Assembly: GCA_023267635.1 (NCBI GenBank)
Contig: JAHFMX010000003.1
Location: 26,139-90,138 of the forward strand
Reading direction: 5' to 3'
DNA: 64,000 nucleotides
Source of the DNA: a bacterium
Lineage (GTDB): Bacteria; Patescibacteriota; Minisyncoccia; Phycocordibacterales; UBA5272
Part shown: piece by piece, positions 28,377 through 37,711 of the stretch
Layout of the letters: the number at the start of each line of letters is the position of its first letter
Numbering within the stretch: the stretch's first letter is position 1
The notes under the pieces: model-generated
Told to the model about the DNA's origin: nothing
What the model saw: the letters and a program-made list of their open reading frames with translations, nothing else
The model's database searches: none
Position numbers and translations under genes: made by a program

Positions 28377-30560
28377 ATGATTTCTCTTACCTCTCCTATA
28401 GGCGATCTATCTAGAATTAATCAGATACATACTGACGCTTTTAAACGTCTTGGTTTTTCTTCCATTCGTGATCTTTTATTTCATTTCCCGACACGATACG
28501 CAGACAGTAGGGATGTAACCGCAACAACCCATCTGGAACAAGGGAAACCTGTAACGTTATATGGAATCATGGAAAAAGTTGCTGTCCGTAGAAGTTTTAA
28601 AGGTCACATACCAATGACAGAAGCGCATGTTGCGGATCAGACGGGGGTTGTTCGCGCTATTTGGTTTAACCAAGCGTATATCGGAAAGATGTATCCAGAC
28701 GGATCAAAAGTGAAAGTAAGTGGTGTGGTTCAATCAGATAGTAAAGGGTTCTTTTTATCTAACCCAAGCATTGAGCGTGCACCAGAAATTATTCCAGACG
28801 CAGAAGATTCTCTTTTCCACACTAACGTGGCGCCAGAATTTTTAACACCTGTGTATCGAGAGACAAAAGGCATCACGAGTAACTACATATACACGCTTAT
28901 TAAAAAGGCGGTTCAAGGTGGAGTCCTTGATGATATTACGGATCCGATACCACCGCATATTCTTAAGAAACTTAATTTACCTGAACTCAAAGAAGCATTA
29001 CTGTATATTCATTTTCCAAAAGAAGAAAAGCTCACCATAGCAGCTCGTAAGCGATTTGCCTTTGAAGAAATATTTTATATGCAGCTTAAGCAATATAAGG
29101 AACGAGTGCTCGCAAAACATTCTCATGCGTACGCTGTAACGACAAGCGATGAAGATGTTAAAAATTTTATGGATTCATTTTCATTTATTCCTACTAAAGC
29201 ACAAACCGATGCGGTGGAATCAATCACGCGTGATATGCGAGAGAAGTATCCAATGGGAAGACTCTTGGAAGGGGATGTGGGGAGTGGTAAAACATTTGTG
29301 GCTGCAACGGTTGCGTATGCGACGTTACTTACTTCTGTTTCAAAAAATGGCCTGCCTGCGCAGGCAGGACAACCACTTCAGGTTGCGTATATGGCTCCAA
29401 CTGAAATATTGGCGCGACAGCACTTTGAAAGCTTTATTAAATATTTTGAAGGAACTGGGGTTGAGATAGGACTCCTTACAGGAAGTGGATGTAAGAAATT
29501 CCCAAGTAAAGTAGACGCTGATGGATTTACTGATATATCACGAACGCAGCTTTTGAAGTGGTTAGAAGATGGACGAGTGTCTATTGTGATTGGAACTCAT
29601 GCACTTATTCAAAAATCTGTAACGTTCGCTAACTTGGCACTTGTTATTATCGACGAGCAGCATAGGTTTGGTGTGAAGCAGCGTAAAGCACTCGCCGAGA
29701 AGCAGGCAGGTAAAAGAAAAGAACTTCCACACTTACTTTCAATGACAGCGACTCCGATTCCGCGAACGCTTGCTCTTACACTATTCGGAGATTTGGACTT
29801 AACGGTTATTGATGAAATGCCAAAGGAAAGAAAGAAAATTATTACAGAAGTTATTCCAGCTTCAAAAAGAAAGAATGTGTATGATCATATTCGCAAAGAA
29901 CTTACGGATGGCCGACAGGTGTATGTTATCTGTCCAAGAATTGACGAACAAGATGAAGAAGAAAAACAAAAGAGAATGCTTAAGAGCGTAAAAGAAGAAG
30001 CAAGAAGACTAGGAGAAGAAATCTTTCCTGAATTCATTGTGGATATCTTACACAGCAAAATGAAGAAAGAGGAAAAAGAAGAAGTGATGCAGGATTTTTT
30101 AGACAAGAAATCCCACATCTTGGTTGCGACATCGGTTGTGGAAGTGGGAGTGAACGTACCAAACGCGACGATTATTGTTATTGAACACGCTGACAGATTT
30201 GGACTTGCTCAACTTCACCAATTGCGTGGACGTGTTGGAAGAAGTGTGTACCAGTCACATTGTTATCTTTTTACAGAGAGTACGGGTGAAGGAACAGAAA
30301 AACGACTTAAAAATCTAGTGGAAGCAAAGAACGGCTTTGAGCTTGCAGAACTTGATATGCAAACTAGGGGGATAGGAACACTTATGGACGGTAAGCAATG
30401 GGGGATGAGTGATTTAGCGATGGAAGCAATCAAGAACCCGAAGCTGGTTGAAGTAGCCCGAACAGAAGCTCGTGAACTTATTGATAATGACCCAGATTTA
30501 CAAAGTTATCCTGATTTAGCCACACTGGTCCACAAGCGGGATACGGTTCATATGGAATAA
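28377..30560 (+). CDS. recG: ATP-dependent DNA helicase RecG
   Basis: Wedge-domain N-terminus, Walker A GDVGSGKT, DEQH box, helicase C motifs QLRGRVGR. Confidence 0.9.
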   Translation: MISLTSPIGDLSRINQIHTDAFKRLGFSSIRDLLFHFPTRYADSRDVTATTHLEQGKPVTLYGIMEKVAVRRSFKGHIPMTEAHVADQTGVVRAIWFNQAYIGKMYPDGSKVKVSGVVQSDSKGFFLSNPSIERAPEIIPDAEDSLFHTNVAPEFLTPVYRETKGITSNYIYTLIKKAVQGGVLDDITDPIPPHILKKLNLPELKEALLYIHFPKEEKLTIAARKRFAFEEIFYMQLKQYKERVLAKHSHAYAVTTSDEDVKNFMDSFSFIPTKAQTDAVESITRDMREKYPMGRLLEGDVGSGKTFVAATVAYATLLTSVSKNGLPAQAGQPLQVAYMAPTEILARQHFESFIKYFEGTGVEIGLLTGSGCKKFPSKVDADGFTDISRTQLLKWLEDGRVSIVIGTHALIQKSVTFANLALVIIDEQHRFGVKQRKALAEKQAGKRKELPHLLSMTATPIPRTLALTLFGDLDLTVIDEMPKERKKIITEVIPASKRKNVYDHIRKELTDGRQVYVICPRIDEQDEEEKQKRMLKSVKEEARRLGEEIFPEFIVDILHSKMKKEEKEEVMQDFLDKKSHILVATSVVEVGVNVPNATIIVIEHADRFGLAQLHQLRGRVGRSVYQSHCYLFTESTGEGTEKRLKNLVEAKNGFELAELDMQTRGIGTLMDGKQWGMSDLAMEAIKNPKLVEVARTEARELIDNDPDLQSYPDLATLVHKRDTVHME

Positions 30561-30597
30561 AAAAAGAAAAACCTGAGGCATTGCCTCAGGTTTTTCT
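30561..30597. terminator. bidirectional terminator between recG and convergent gene
   Basis: A-run, cctgaggc att gcctcagg, T-run. Confidence 0.6.
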
Positions 30598-30616
30598 TTA
30601 CTGTAAGAGATTTTAA

Positions 30617-32059
30617 CTACCCTTCAACTCTATCTGTTACATAAATAATTGACTTAACTGGAGTAAACGTATTAGCTCCTGTTCCACACGATAATGTAAA
30701 GGTCGTAGAGTAATCGAGGGTAACTGACTTCTCCCCACGAGCGTACTGAGTAGAAGGAACTTTTGTTGTAAGAGCTGTTGTCATGTTTCTGTTTGCACCG
30801 TAGGGATCGTTTGCATTAGTCGTTCCTGAAGCAAGGGTAGAATTGAGGGCGGAAGATGCCGCAGCTCTTTCTGATTGACAAGTTCCATCACAGGTTGCAG
30901 GAATTTGTACTGCCGCAGTAATCTTACACTGCGTATTTGGGTAGTGAATTCCCCAAGCAATCTTCACCAAACCACCACGGTCCACTGAGCGAGGCGAGAT
31001 ATTAAATCCAACCAGACCACTATCAGATCCAGCGCCACCTGCCGTAATTGAAGCCGGCCCATCAACTACAAGGGCTCTATTTTGAGATGTCACAGAGCCG
31101 CTAGGTCCAGTACAAGTAACTGATTGAGTGTAGGTGCCTGGAGTTGTCATGACTGGAGTAGATATTGTAGAACCGGTACTTCCCAAATTTCCAGTTACAA
31201 TGCCAAACCCCGAACACGATGTTGTATCAGTTGAACTAAATGAAAAGGAAGATGAGTTTCCTGTAATGATGGTAGATGGTGAGAAAGGATTAAGAGTTAC
31301 CGTAGGGAGTGGTACACAAATCGAACCATTCCACGTTGGAGCTGATGCAGGACATACATTGAGTGTTACGGACTGTTGAGCTGATACTCCAACGACGTTG
31401 TAACAAATAAATGTCCATGTCTGACTACTGTAGTACGGACCATTCACTCCCCATGTGTATGATGTTGGACCATAGTTACAAGAGGTTGCATTAGAAGACC
31501 AGTATGACATTGAATTAAAGTTTCCTCCGTAGCTAACATAAGTAGGAGAAATGGAAGCTCCTACAGATGGAGGTAGAGGATATGGAGGACACGACTGTCC
31601 AAGTGAAGGAGTCACAACCGATCCATCCCAACAAGTTGTAGTTGGTCGCGCAGGACAAGATTGTCCAAGTGAAGGAGTTATGACTGAGCCATCCCAACAG
31701 GTAGTGGTAGGGCGTGCAGGGCAAGCACCAGGATTAAAATATGGATCATAGACAGTCCCATTCCAACAAGTTGTAACGCAGTCATTCCAAAAGTGACTAC
31801 CAGCAGTACCTCCTTGAGATGTTGGTGAAGTAAAGGGGCTTCCACTGTCACAGCTTGCAGGTATCACAGAGCCAGCGTTTTCTCCAAGTGTAGAATGCTC
31901 AATGTATGCCAGCTCTGATGTGTGTGGACTAATTCCACGAGTTATAAAAAACACCGCAATAAGTAAGAAACAAGAAACAAGAATACTTTTACCAGAATGT
32001 TTTTGGAGACATTTGATTATATGAGAAGAATTAGAAGTAAGAGCTTTATTAAGTTTCAT
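30617..32059 (-). CDS. membrane-anchored Cys-rich surface protein with tandem 22-aa repeats
   Basis: N-terminal TM; repeats CPARPTTTCWDGSV(I/V)TPSLGQS; Thr/Ser/Gly-rich. Confidence 0.5.
   Translation of the reverse strand: MKLNKALTSNSSHIIKCLQKHSGKSILVSCFLLIAVFFITRGISPHTSELAYIEHSTLGENAGSVIPASCDSGSPFTSPTSQGGTAGSHFWNDCVTTCWNGTVYDPYFNPGACPARPTTTCWDGSVITPSLGQSCPARPTTTCWDGSVVTPSLGQSCPPYPLPPSVGASISPTYVSYGGNFNSMSYWSSNATSCNYGPTSYTWGVNGPYYSSQTWTFICYNVVGVSAQQSVTLNVCPASAPTWNGSICVPLPTVTLNPFSPSTIITGNSSSFSFSSTDTTSCSGFGIVTGNLGSTGSTISTPVMTTPGTYTQSVTCTGPSGSVTSQNRALVVDGPASITAGGAGSDSGLVGFNISPRSVDRGGLVKIAWGIHYPNTQCKITAAVQIPATCDGTCQSERAAASSALNSTLASGTTNANDPYGANRNMTTALTTKVPSTQYARGEKSVTLDYSTTFTLSCGTGANTFTPVKSIIYVTDRVEG
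31593..31724. repeat. 2 x 66-nt tandem repeat inside CDS 30617..32059
   Basis: gactgtccaagtgaaggagt...cgcgcagg repeated with a few substitutions. Confidence 0.7.
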
Positions 32060-32139
32060 AGTTGATACTATAATGATACCCCATAATCTTTTTTATAGGA
32101 AAAGTTGTTCACATATTGAGTCTTGTGTTATGTGTCTGT

Positions 32140-32937
32140 TTAATTCTTAAGATTTTTTTCTATTAGGGTTAAGTTATGATCTATTGAAAGCTTCATAGCA
32201 CTAAGTCCGGTCATATATATGCGAGGGTCATTTCCAGGGTATGCATGCCCCCAATCTTCATTGTTCATTTTATTTGCTGCTTCTCTTGCATAACCACAAG
32301 CTTCTTTTGCCTCTGTAAACCTTTTTTTATTAATCAGTAAGGCACAGTATGTATTTTGTACCCAGACGGTATATTTAAAATTTTTAGCGATAGGTTCTAT
32401 GGTTTGCATGGCGCCATCTATATCTCCAACGCGAAATTGAAGCCAAGCTTTATCGTTTCTCCCTGCCCAAGTTTCAGGGTGTGCTTTTATATATATTGAA
32501 AACATATCAATCGCTTCATGGGTTCTGCCCATATATCCATAAGTAAGACCAAGGATATAGTACGTAGACAGACTGTCGGGGTAAATACTAAGTTCTTGTT
32601 CTGCCTCCTCTAACGCCTTTTCTAATTTTCCTTCTATAAAGTATGTTCTAGATAGTTGATAGTGAGCATAACGCGGAGGTGACTCTGATCCTATGGGGTG
32701 TGTTGCTGTATAATAGAAAAATTGAGCTAATTTTACGTTATAAAGTGACTTAGTTTTTCCAAAAAAAACATCTCCAATAGAGAAGGAGAAGGATGGGACT
32801 AGTAAAATACCAAAAGATATAAATAAAGTACTTCCTAGGAATATTTTGCCTATATTTCTAAACAAAAAATTCTCTTTAGAAGCCTTGTTAAAAAATTTTC
32901 TAAAGATTTGTTTATCATTTGTAAATAAACTACGCAT
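32140..32937 (-). CDS. membrane-anchored TPR-repeat protein
   Basis: N-terminal TM, then several degenerate TPR-like helical repeats (AxxY/W periodicity). Confidence 0.45.
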   Translation of the reverse strand: MRSLFTNDKQIFRKFFNKASKENFLFRNIGKIFLGSTLFISFGILLVPSFSFSIGDVFFGKTKSLYNVKLAQFFYYTATHPIGSESPPRYAHYQLSRTYFIEGKLEKALEEAEQELSIYPDSLSTYYILGLTYGYMGRTHEAIDMFSIYIKAHPETWAGRNDKAWLQFRVGDIDGAMQTIEPIAKNFKYTVWVQNTYCALLINKKRFTEAKEACGYAREAANKMNNEDWGHAYPGNDPRIYMTGLSAMKLSIDHNLTLIEKNLKN

Positions 32938-33030
32938 AAGTTATTTAATTTTAACATAGTTTTATAATTATTTTCTTCACTGTAAAATTCTTAGTATACG
33001 TATGCACATCAAATGCTTGGGGTTAAAATA

Positions 33031-33065
33031 AAAAAAGGGAGATGCCGAAGCATCTCCCTTGGAAC
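33031..33065. terminator. bidirectional terminator
   Basis: aaaaaa agggagatgc cgaa gcatctccct tgg. Confidence 0.6.
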
Positions 33066-33074
33066 CTCTTTCCT

Positions 33075-34205
33075 CTACTGGGCTTTTTTGAAAGTTGCAC
33101 TATTTCTACCGCCCGATGGATTGAAGTAAATTCCATCAATTGTACCCCCGCCTGCTTTGAAGGTACAAGTGCCACCAGTTTCACTGTTGCACATAAACGA
33201 CAACACTCCGTCTTTAATTTCTGAGGTTTTGAAAACGCTCGAAACAATTTTGGAGTTCGCATACGAATATTTTGCAACACATTTTGCATCCACTTCGACA
33301 ATACGAAGAAGTTGTTCGGGGATGCCATAGCCCCAGGTCCCAATCCAAGAACCATAGAAGTTTGCGCAAGCCAGAGGGACCTCTGATGATGGAGGAGTTG
33401 CTTTAGCACCCGCACCCTCTGTTATTCTTTGATTTGAGATTAGTCTGGATAAAGATCCCTCAGATACGTCAACCCTTGTAAAGGCTAATGTATCGTCGAT
33501 ACCAGAACCAATAAAGCGATCAAAAAGGTTATTTCCGCGGAATTCAAAATAATTGATGCCAGCAGATGTGGGGATTTCAAGGACACCCTTTTTTATTTGA
33601 CCCGTTAAGAAGTTTTTTGGCTTGGGATTTTTGCTGTATGCGTACTTGGCAACACAGTTGGTGTCCACGCTAACCACCCAAAGCCACACGACTCCTGAAT
33701 TAGCCCATGTCCCTGTCCATGCTCCAGCAAAAGCTGCGCACGTTGCAGGCACTTCCGCCGCAGGCTTCTCAAGAGCTGGTGAGCTATCTGTCCTTCTTGT
33801 TTGTAGCTCATTCTCGGCCGCCTTGGTTATCTTCACTTCCTTCGCTTGGTCATTTCTATCAAAAAATTTTCCAACAAATGACCCGTTGGCTGTTTGAGTG
33901 GCAGTAATCTTGGCGCCTGATTTGGCAACTAACTTCAATTCCTTTGTTACGGTATTAATTTCAGCTACAGACAGAGGTTGTTCCGTGCCAGACCACCCAA
34001 ACTTACCCTCGAGAGAGAGAGAGTCTTGAGATTTTTCCGATACGTTTACAACTATTAGCGCCCTGTCCCTATTGCTGCCCTCTACCTCCACCAACCAGGA
34101 GCCAATCATCTCGGCGCCCATTTTTGCCGTCACGGTTTGACCCATGGCAGATATAGTAAGAAGTGAAGAAATCACAAGAACCAGAAAAGTTTTAACAACA
34201 TGCAT
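33075..34205 (-). CDS. secreted protein with internally duplicated Cys-containing domain
   Basis: Signal peptide MHVVKTFLVLVISSLLTISAMG; two homologous segments (CAAFAGAWTGTWANSG...CVAKYAYS and CANFYGSWIGTWGYG...CVAKYSYAN); GC-rich. Confidence 0.5.
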   Translation of the reverse strand: MHVVKTFLVLVISSLLTISAMGQTVTAKMGAEMIGSWLVEVEGSNRDRALIVVNVSEKSQDSLSLEGKFGWSGTEQPLSVAEINTVTKELKLVAKSGAKITATQTANGSFVGKFFDRNDQAKEVKITKAAENELQTRRTDSSPALEKPAAEVPATCAAFAGAWTGTWANSGVVWLWVVSVDTNCVAKYAYSKNPKPKNFLTGQIKKGVLEIPTSAGINYFEFRGNNLFDRFIGSGIDDTLAFTRVDVSEGSLSRLISNQRITEGAGAKATPPSSEVPLACANFYGSWIGTWGYGIPEQLLRIVEVDAKCVAKYSYANSKIVSSVFKTSEIKDGVLSFMCNSETGGTCTFKAGGGTIDGIYFNPSGGRNSATFKKAQ

Positions 34206-34398
34206 AGCAGTCTCCTTAAGAGTTTAACAAAGTACTTTCGAGTCTTGATTGGTGTAGTTTTTAACAAACACCTATCAATATCTTCCATATTTTAGTATAT
34301 ACTATTTAAAATATTTGTCAAGTTCTGTAGCATTGCCTCATCAAGTTTAAATACGTAGATACAAGTTAGATGTTAGTATATATTTACTCTGTAATTGT

Positions 34399-36060
34399 AT
34401 GTCCCACGTATTATTCAGTCTTATTAAAGATAAAATCTTTAAAGATGATGTAATTAAAGAAGTTTCTTATAACTCTCAAGGGGAGACTTTAGCGTGGATC
34501 TTTGATTTTAAAAGCCAAGCCTTATCAAGGATTTTTCTCGAAGAATACGCAAAATCTTTTTGGAGTATTTTTCAGAGTAAATATGGAACATCTCTTCAAA
34601 TAGGGGGAATGGAAACAGGAGCTATTCCACTTATTGCAGGTGTCGCCACACACTCTCCACAAGGTGTAGATGTTTCTAGTTTTTATATACGTAAATCTAG
34701 GAAAAAAAGTGATCTTGCTAATCAGGTTGAGGGGGATATTCAAAAAGGTATATCCATTATTTTAGTGGACGACATTATAAATAATGGCAATACGGTACGA
34801 AAACAAATAAAGATCTTAGAGGAAATGGGGCATACTGTTTCTGCCATTTTTACTTGCCTTAGATTTAGAGATATTTCTCAGTATCAAGACTTATTGGATA
34901 AAGGTATAGAGATAGTGAGTATTTTCGAGCTGAACGATTTTAGCAGTAGTTTGCCTGTTAAAAATTTAGTTAACAAATCAGACGGTCCACCTGTTAAGAA
35001 ATATACAATAGAGTACAAGCTTACATTAACGACCAAGCCTAATTTGTACTTGGTTGTACCAAAGTCAGCTCCAGTTCTTTGGGGTGAGTTTGTTTACGCG
35101 GGAGTAGATGATGGTTTTTTTTACTGTATAAATGTGAATGATGGCAGTGTTGTATGGGTATACAAGATTTTTTTTGGAACGAAGGGTAAAAATATATTTT
35201 CGTCGCCCCAAATATATAGGGATAAAATCTTATTCGGAGCGTATGACGGTAACTTTTATTGCCTTAATCGGTTTTCTGGAAAACGAGAGTGGGTTTTTAG
35301 TGATGCAGATTGGATAGGCTCATCCCCAAGCATTGATTACGGCAGAGGGGTTGTGTATATAGGACTTGAGTTTGGGCTTTTAAAAAAGTCTGGAGGGGTT
35401 GTAGCTTTAGATATCCAAACAGGAAAAGTTAAGTGGAAGAATTACGATATGGTTGGACTCACTCATGCATCTCCTGCGTATAACAAAAGATATAACATTG
35501 TGGTGTGTGGTTGTAATGACAACTATATTTATGCCTTTAACGCAAAGAACGGGGAAATACTCTGGAAATTTGAAACTAAAGGTGAGGTGAAATACGGTGC
35601 TATTTTTGATGATAAAAGAGGATTAGTCATTATCGCCAGTATGGATGGTGGGGTGTATGTGTTGCGAGTAAAAGACGGTACTTTGTACCACAAGTTTGAA
35701 GCTCGTTTTGGTTTTTATGCAACAGCTGCAATGAGTGGAAACCTTATCATCATCGGATCGTTGGATAAGCTCGTATATTGTTATAATATTGTATCCAAAA
35801 AGACTGAGTGGGTATTTGAAACTTCAGGAAGAATATTTGCAAGTCCGTGTATCGATGGTCAAAGTGTTTTTATTGGGAGTAATGACGGTAGATTGTACGA
35901 AATAGATGTCCCGTCGGGTAAGCTTATTGGAAGTGTTCAGTTAACAGAGAGAATTGTTAATAAAATCCAAATTGAACATGACCCAGATGGGAGTATGTTT
36001 TTATATGTTCCTACACATGCAGGGGAGTTATATAAAATAAGAGCGATGAATGTTAATTAA
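34399..36060 (+). CDS. fusion protein: type I phosphoribosyltransferase domain plus PQQ-like beta-propeller
   Basis: PRPP-binding motif ISIILVDDIINNGNTV (aa about 119-134); C-terminal repeats of the form GxxYxxNxxxGxxxWxF (PQQ/BamB-like). Confidence 0.55.
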   Translation: MSHVLFSLIKDKIFKDDVIKEVSYNSQGETLAWIFDFKSQALSRIFLEEYAKSFWSIFQSKYGTSLQIGGMETGAIPLIAGVATHSPQGVDVSSFYIRKSRKKSDLANQVEGDIQKGISIILVDDIINNGNTVRKQIKILEEMGHTVSAIFTCLRFRDISQYQDLLDKGIEIVSIFELNDFSSSLPVKNLVNKSDGPPVKKYTIEYKLTLTTKPNLYLVVPKSAPVLWGEFVYAGVDDGFFYCINVNDGSVVWVYKIFFGTKGKNIFSSPQIYRDKILFGAYDGNFYCLNRFSGKREWVFSDADWIGSSPSIDYGRGVVYIGLEFGLLKKSGGVVALDIQTGKVKWKNYDMVGLTHASPAYNKRYNIVVCGCNDNYIYAFNAKNGEILWKFETKGEVKYGAIFDDKRGLVIIASMDGGVYVLRVKDGTLYHKFEARFGFYATAAMSGNLIIIGSLDKLVYCYNIVSKKTEWVFETSGRIFASPCIDGQSVFIGSNDGRLYEIDVPSGKLIGSVQLTERIVNKIQIEHDPDGSMFLYVPTHAGELYKIRAMNVN

Positions 36061-36808
36061 TAGTTGTAGTTCTGATAGCTTCTTTATTTTTTGCACTTAT
36101 ACCATCTACGATAGTCCTGTTTATCATAGGATGCTCATTGTCTTCTGGTCCAAAATCACTATCAGGATGGAAGACAATAATGTCCATTGTTTCTGAAGAG
36201 GTGTTAAAACTATGTATTACCTCTTCTGCTAAAAGGAAGACACTCCCCTTAGAAAGCAAAACCACTTCGCCGTTATCAAGAAGGCATTCGCCGTTACCTT
36301 TATACACAAGTCCTACGCGTATTGAAGGGTGAGTATGAGGGGTCTGGGTAATATTTTTTGGAAAATGTAGATGATTTAAACAGGGGTTTCCTTTAATAAC
36401 AGGGGGTATAAGTAGTGAGTCGCTACAGCCATCTATGTACTTGAGTCTTCCTAGATTTTCTACTGGTCCACCAAAAACATTAACGCCCTTGTAACTGTTT
36501 GTGGACACTATAAAACAGATACCAGCTGATTCTACTTTGACTCTTCCCTTGCAGGAAAAATAGTCTCCTCCAAAAAAAGTCCGCTTCCTTCCATCTATAG
36601 TAACGACGACCTCACCTTCTGAAACTATTCCAAAATGAGTAAAAGAAAGAGGTAATTCTATTTCATAAGCGTGCATAGCTCCGTATAATTGAGTTGTGCC
36701 AAACTCACCAGTGTGTTCAGTGATAAGACCATTTGCAACCATTGAAACTATTAAGCCAGGGATATTTTTCATATAGGGAAAGTGTAACAAATTAGTTTCT
36801 AAAATCAA
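36053..36808 (-). CDS. bicupin domain protein
   Basis: Two cupin-like halves; QTPHTHPSIRVGLVYKGNGE matches the G(x)5HxH(x)3-4E(x)6G cupin motif. Confidence 0.5.
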   Translation of the reverse strand: MILETNLLHFPYMKNIPGLIVSMVANGLITEHTGEFGTTQLYGAMHAYEIELPLSFTHFGIVSEGEVVVTIDGRKRTFFGGDYFSCKGRVKVESAGICFIVSTNSYKGVNVFGGPVENLGRLKYIDGCSDSLLIPPVIKGNPCLNHLHFPKNITQTPHTHPSIRVGLVYKGNGECLLDNGEVVLLSKGSVFLLAEEVIHSFNTSSETMDIIVFHPDSDFGPEDNEHPMINRTIVDGISAKNKEAIRTTTIN

Positions 36809-36967
36809 AAATTACTCTGTTTTGGTTTCTATTTTATTTTTACAAAGAGTATTTTCACAGAACCTTTTTATTAGATAGTAAGGATTTCTTAGGTTTATCT
36901 GGTATTTTTTTTGTTAAAAATTAATTAATTTACAGGAGATTATTTTTATGTAATAGTTATAAATACA

Positions 36968-37705
36968 ATGACTGCTTTTCTTTATAATTTTTTTCACAAT
37001 GAGACCAATGATAGAACGGAGAAAGGTCTCATTAGTATTCCTGAGGATAAAAATGATTGGCCAGATTCATGGAAGAAAATAGAGTATAAACACTATTCTA
37101 CTTTTAAGTCTATAGTTCTTCCGAAAAGTAACGGAGCTCTGTTTAAAGAGTTATTGGTTAAAAGGAGATCTAGTGAGGGGTATATGTTAGATAATAACAT
37201 CACCTTATCGGCATTATCGTATATATTGCAATGTGGGTACGGGTTGCAGGGTGGAACAAAAGAAGAGGGGCGTGAAGAATCTAGGACTGTTCCCTCGGGG
37301 GGCAAGAGATACCCCCTTGAGGTATACGTATATCTGTTTAAGCGTGTTAATGAATGTAAGCCAGGGGTGTATCATTACGGGGTAAAGAGCCATACTCTAG
37401 AGCCTATTTTTTTTAAAGATTTTTCATACGAAGATATTTCACTATTTACTCCTCAAAAATGGTTACATGATAGTGTGGGCATGATTTCCGTAACGAGTGT
37501 TTTCAGTAGAACTATTGAAAAATATGGCAGTATGGGGTATCGTCTTATTTTGCTTGAGGCTGGTCACGTTGCTCAGAATATGATATTAGCAGGAACTGAA
37601 AAGGGGATAAATATTATTCCAATCGCAGGCATTAACTCAGAGGAGATAGAAAAAGTAATAGGGTTAGGTAGTCGAGAAAGGGTTGTGTACACTCTTTTTC
37701 TATAA
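36968..37705 (+). CDS. SagB-type dehydrogenase (TOMM FMN-dependent dehydrogenase, McbC-like)
   Basis: RRSSEGY, PSGGKRYPLEVYV, GVYHY, KYGSMGYRLILLEAGHVAQNMILA nitroreductase-like SagB signature. Confidence 0.7.
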   Translation: MTAFLYNFFHNETNDRTEKGLISIPEDKNDWPDSWKKIEYKHYSTFKSIVLPKSNGALFKELLVKRRSSEGYMLDNNITLSALSYILQCGYGLQGGTKEEGREESRTVPSGGKRYPLEVYVYLFKRVNECKPGVYHYGVKSHTLEPIFFKDFSYEDISLFTPQKWLHDSVGMISVTSVFSRTIEKYGSMGYRLILLEAGHVAQNMILAGTEKGINIIPIAGINSEEIEKVIGLGSRERVVYTLFL

Positions 37706-37711
37706 ATAGTT

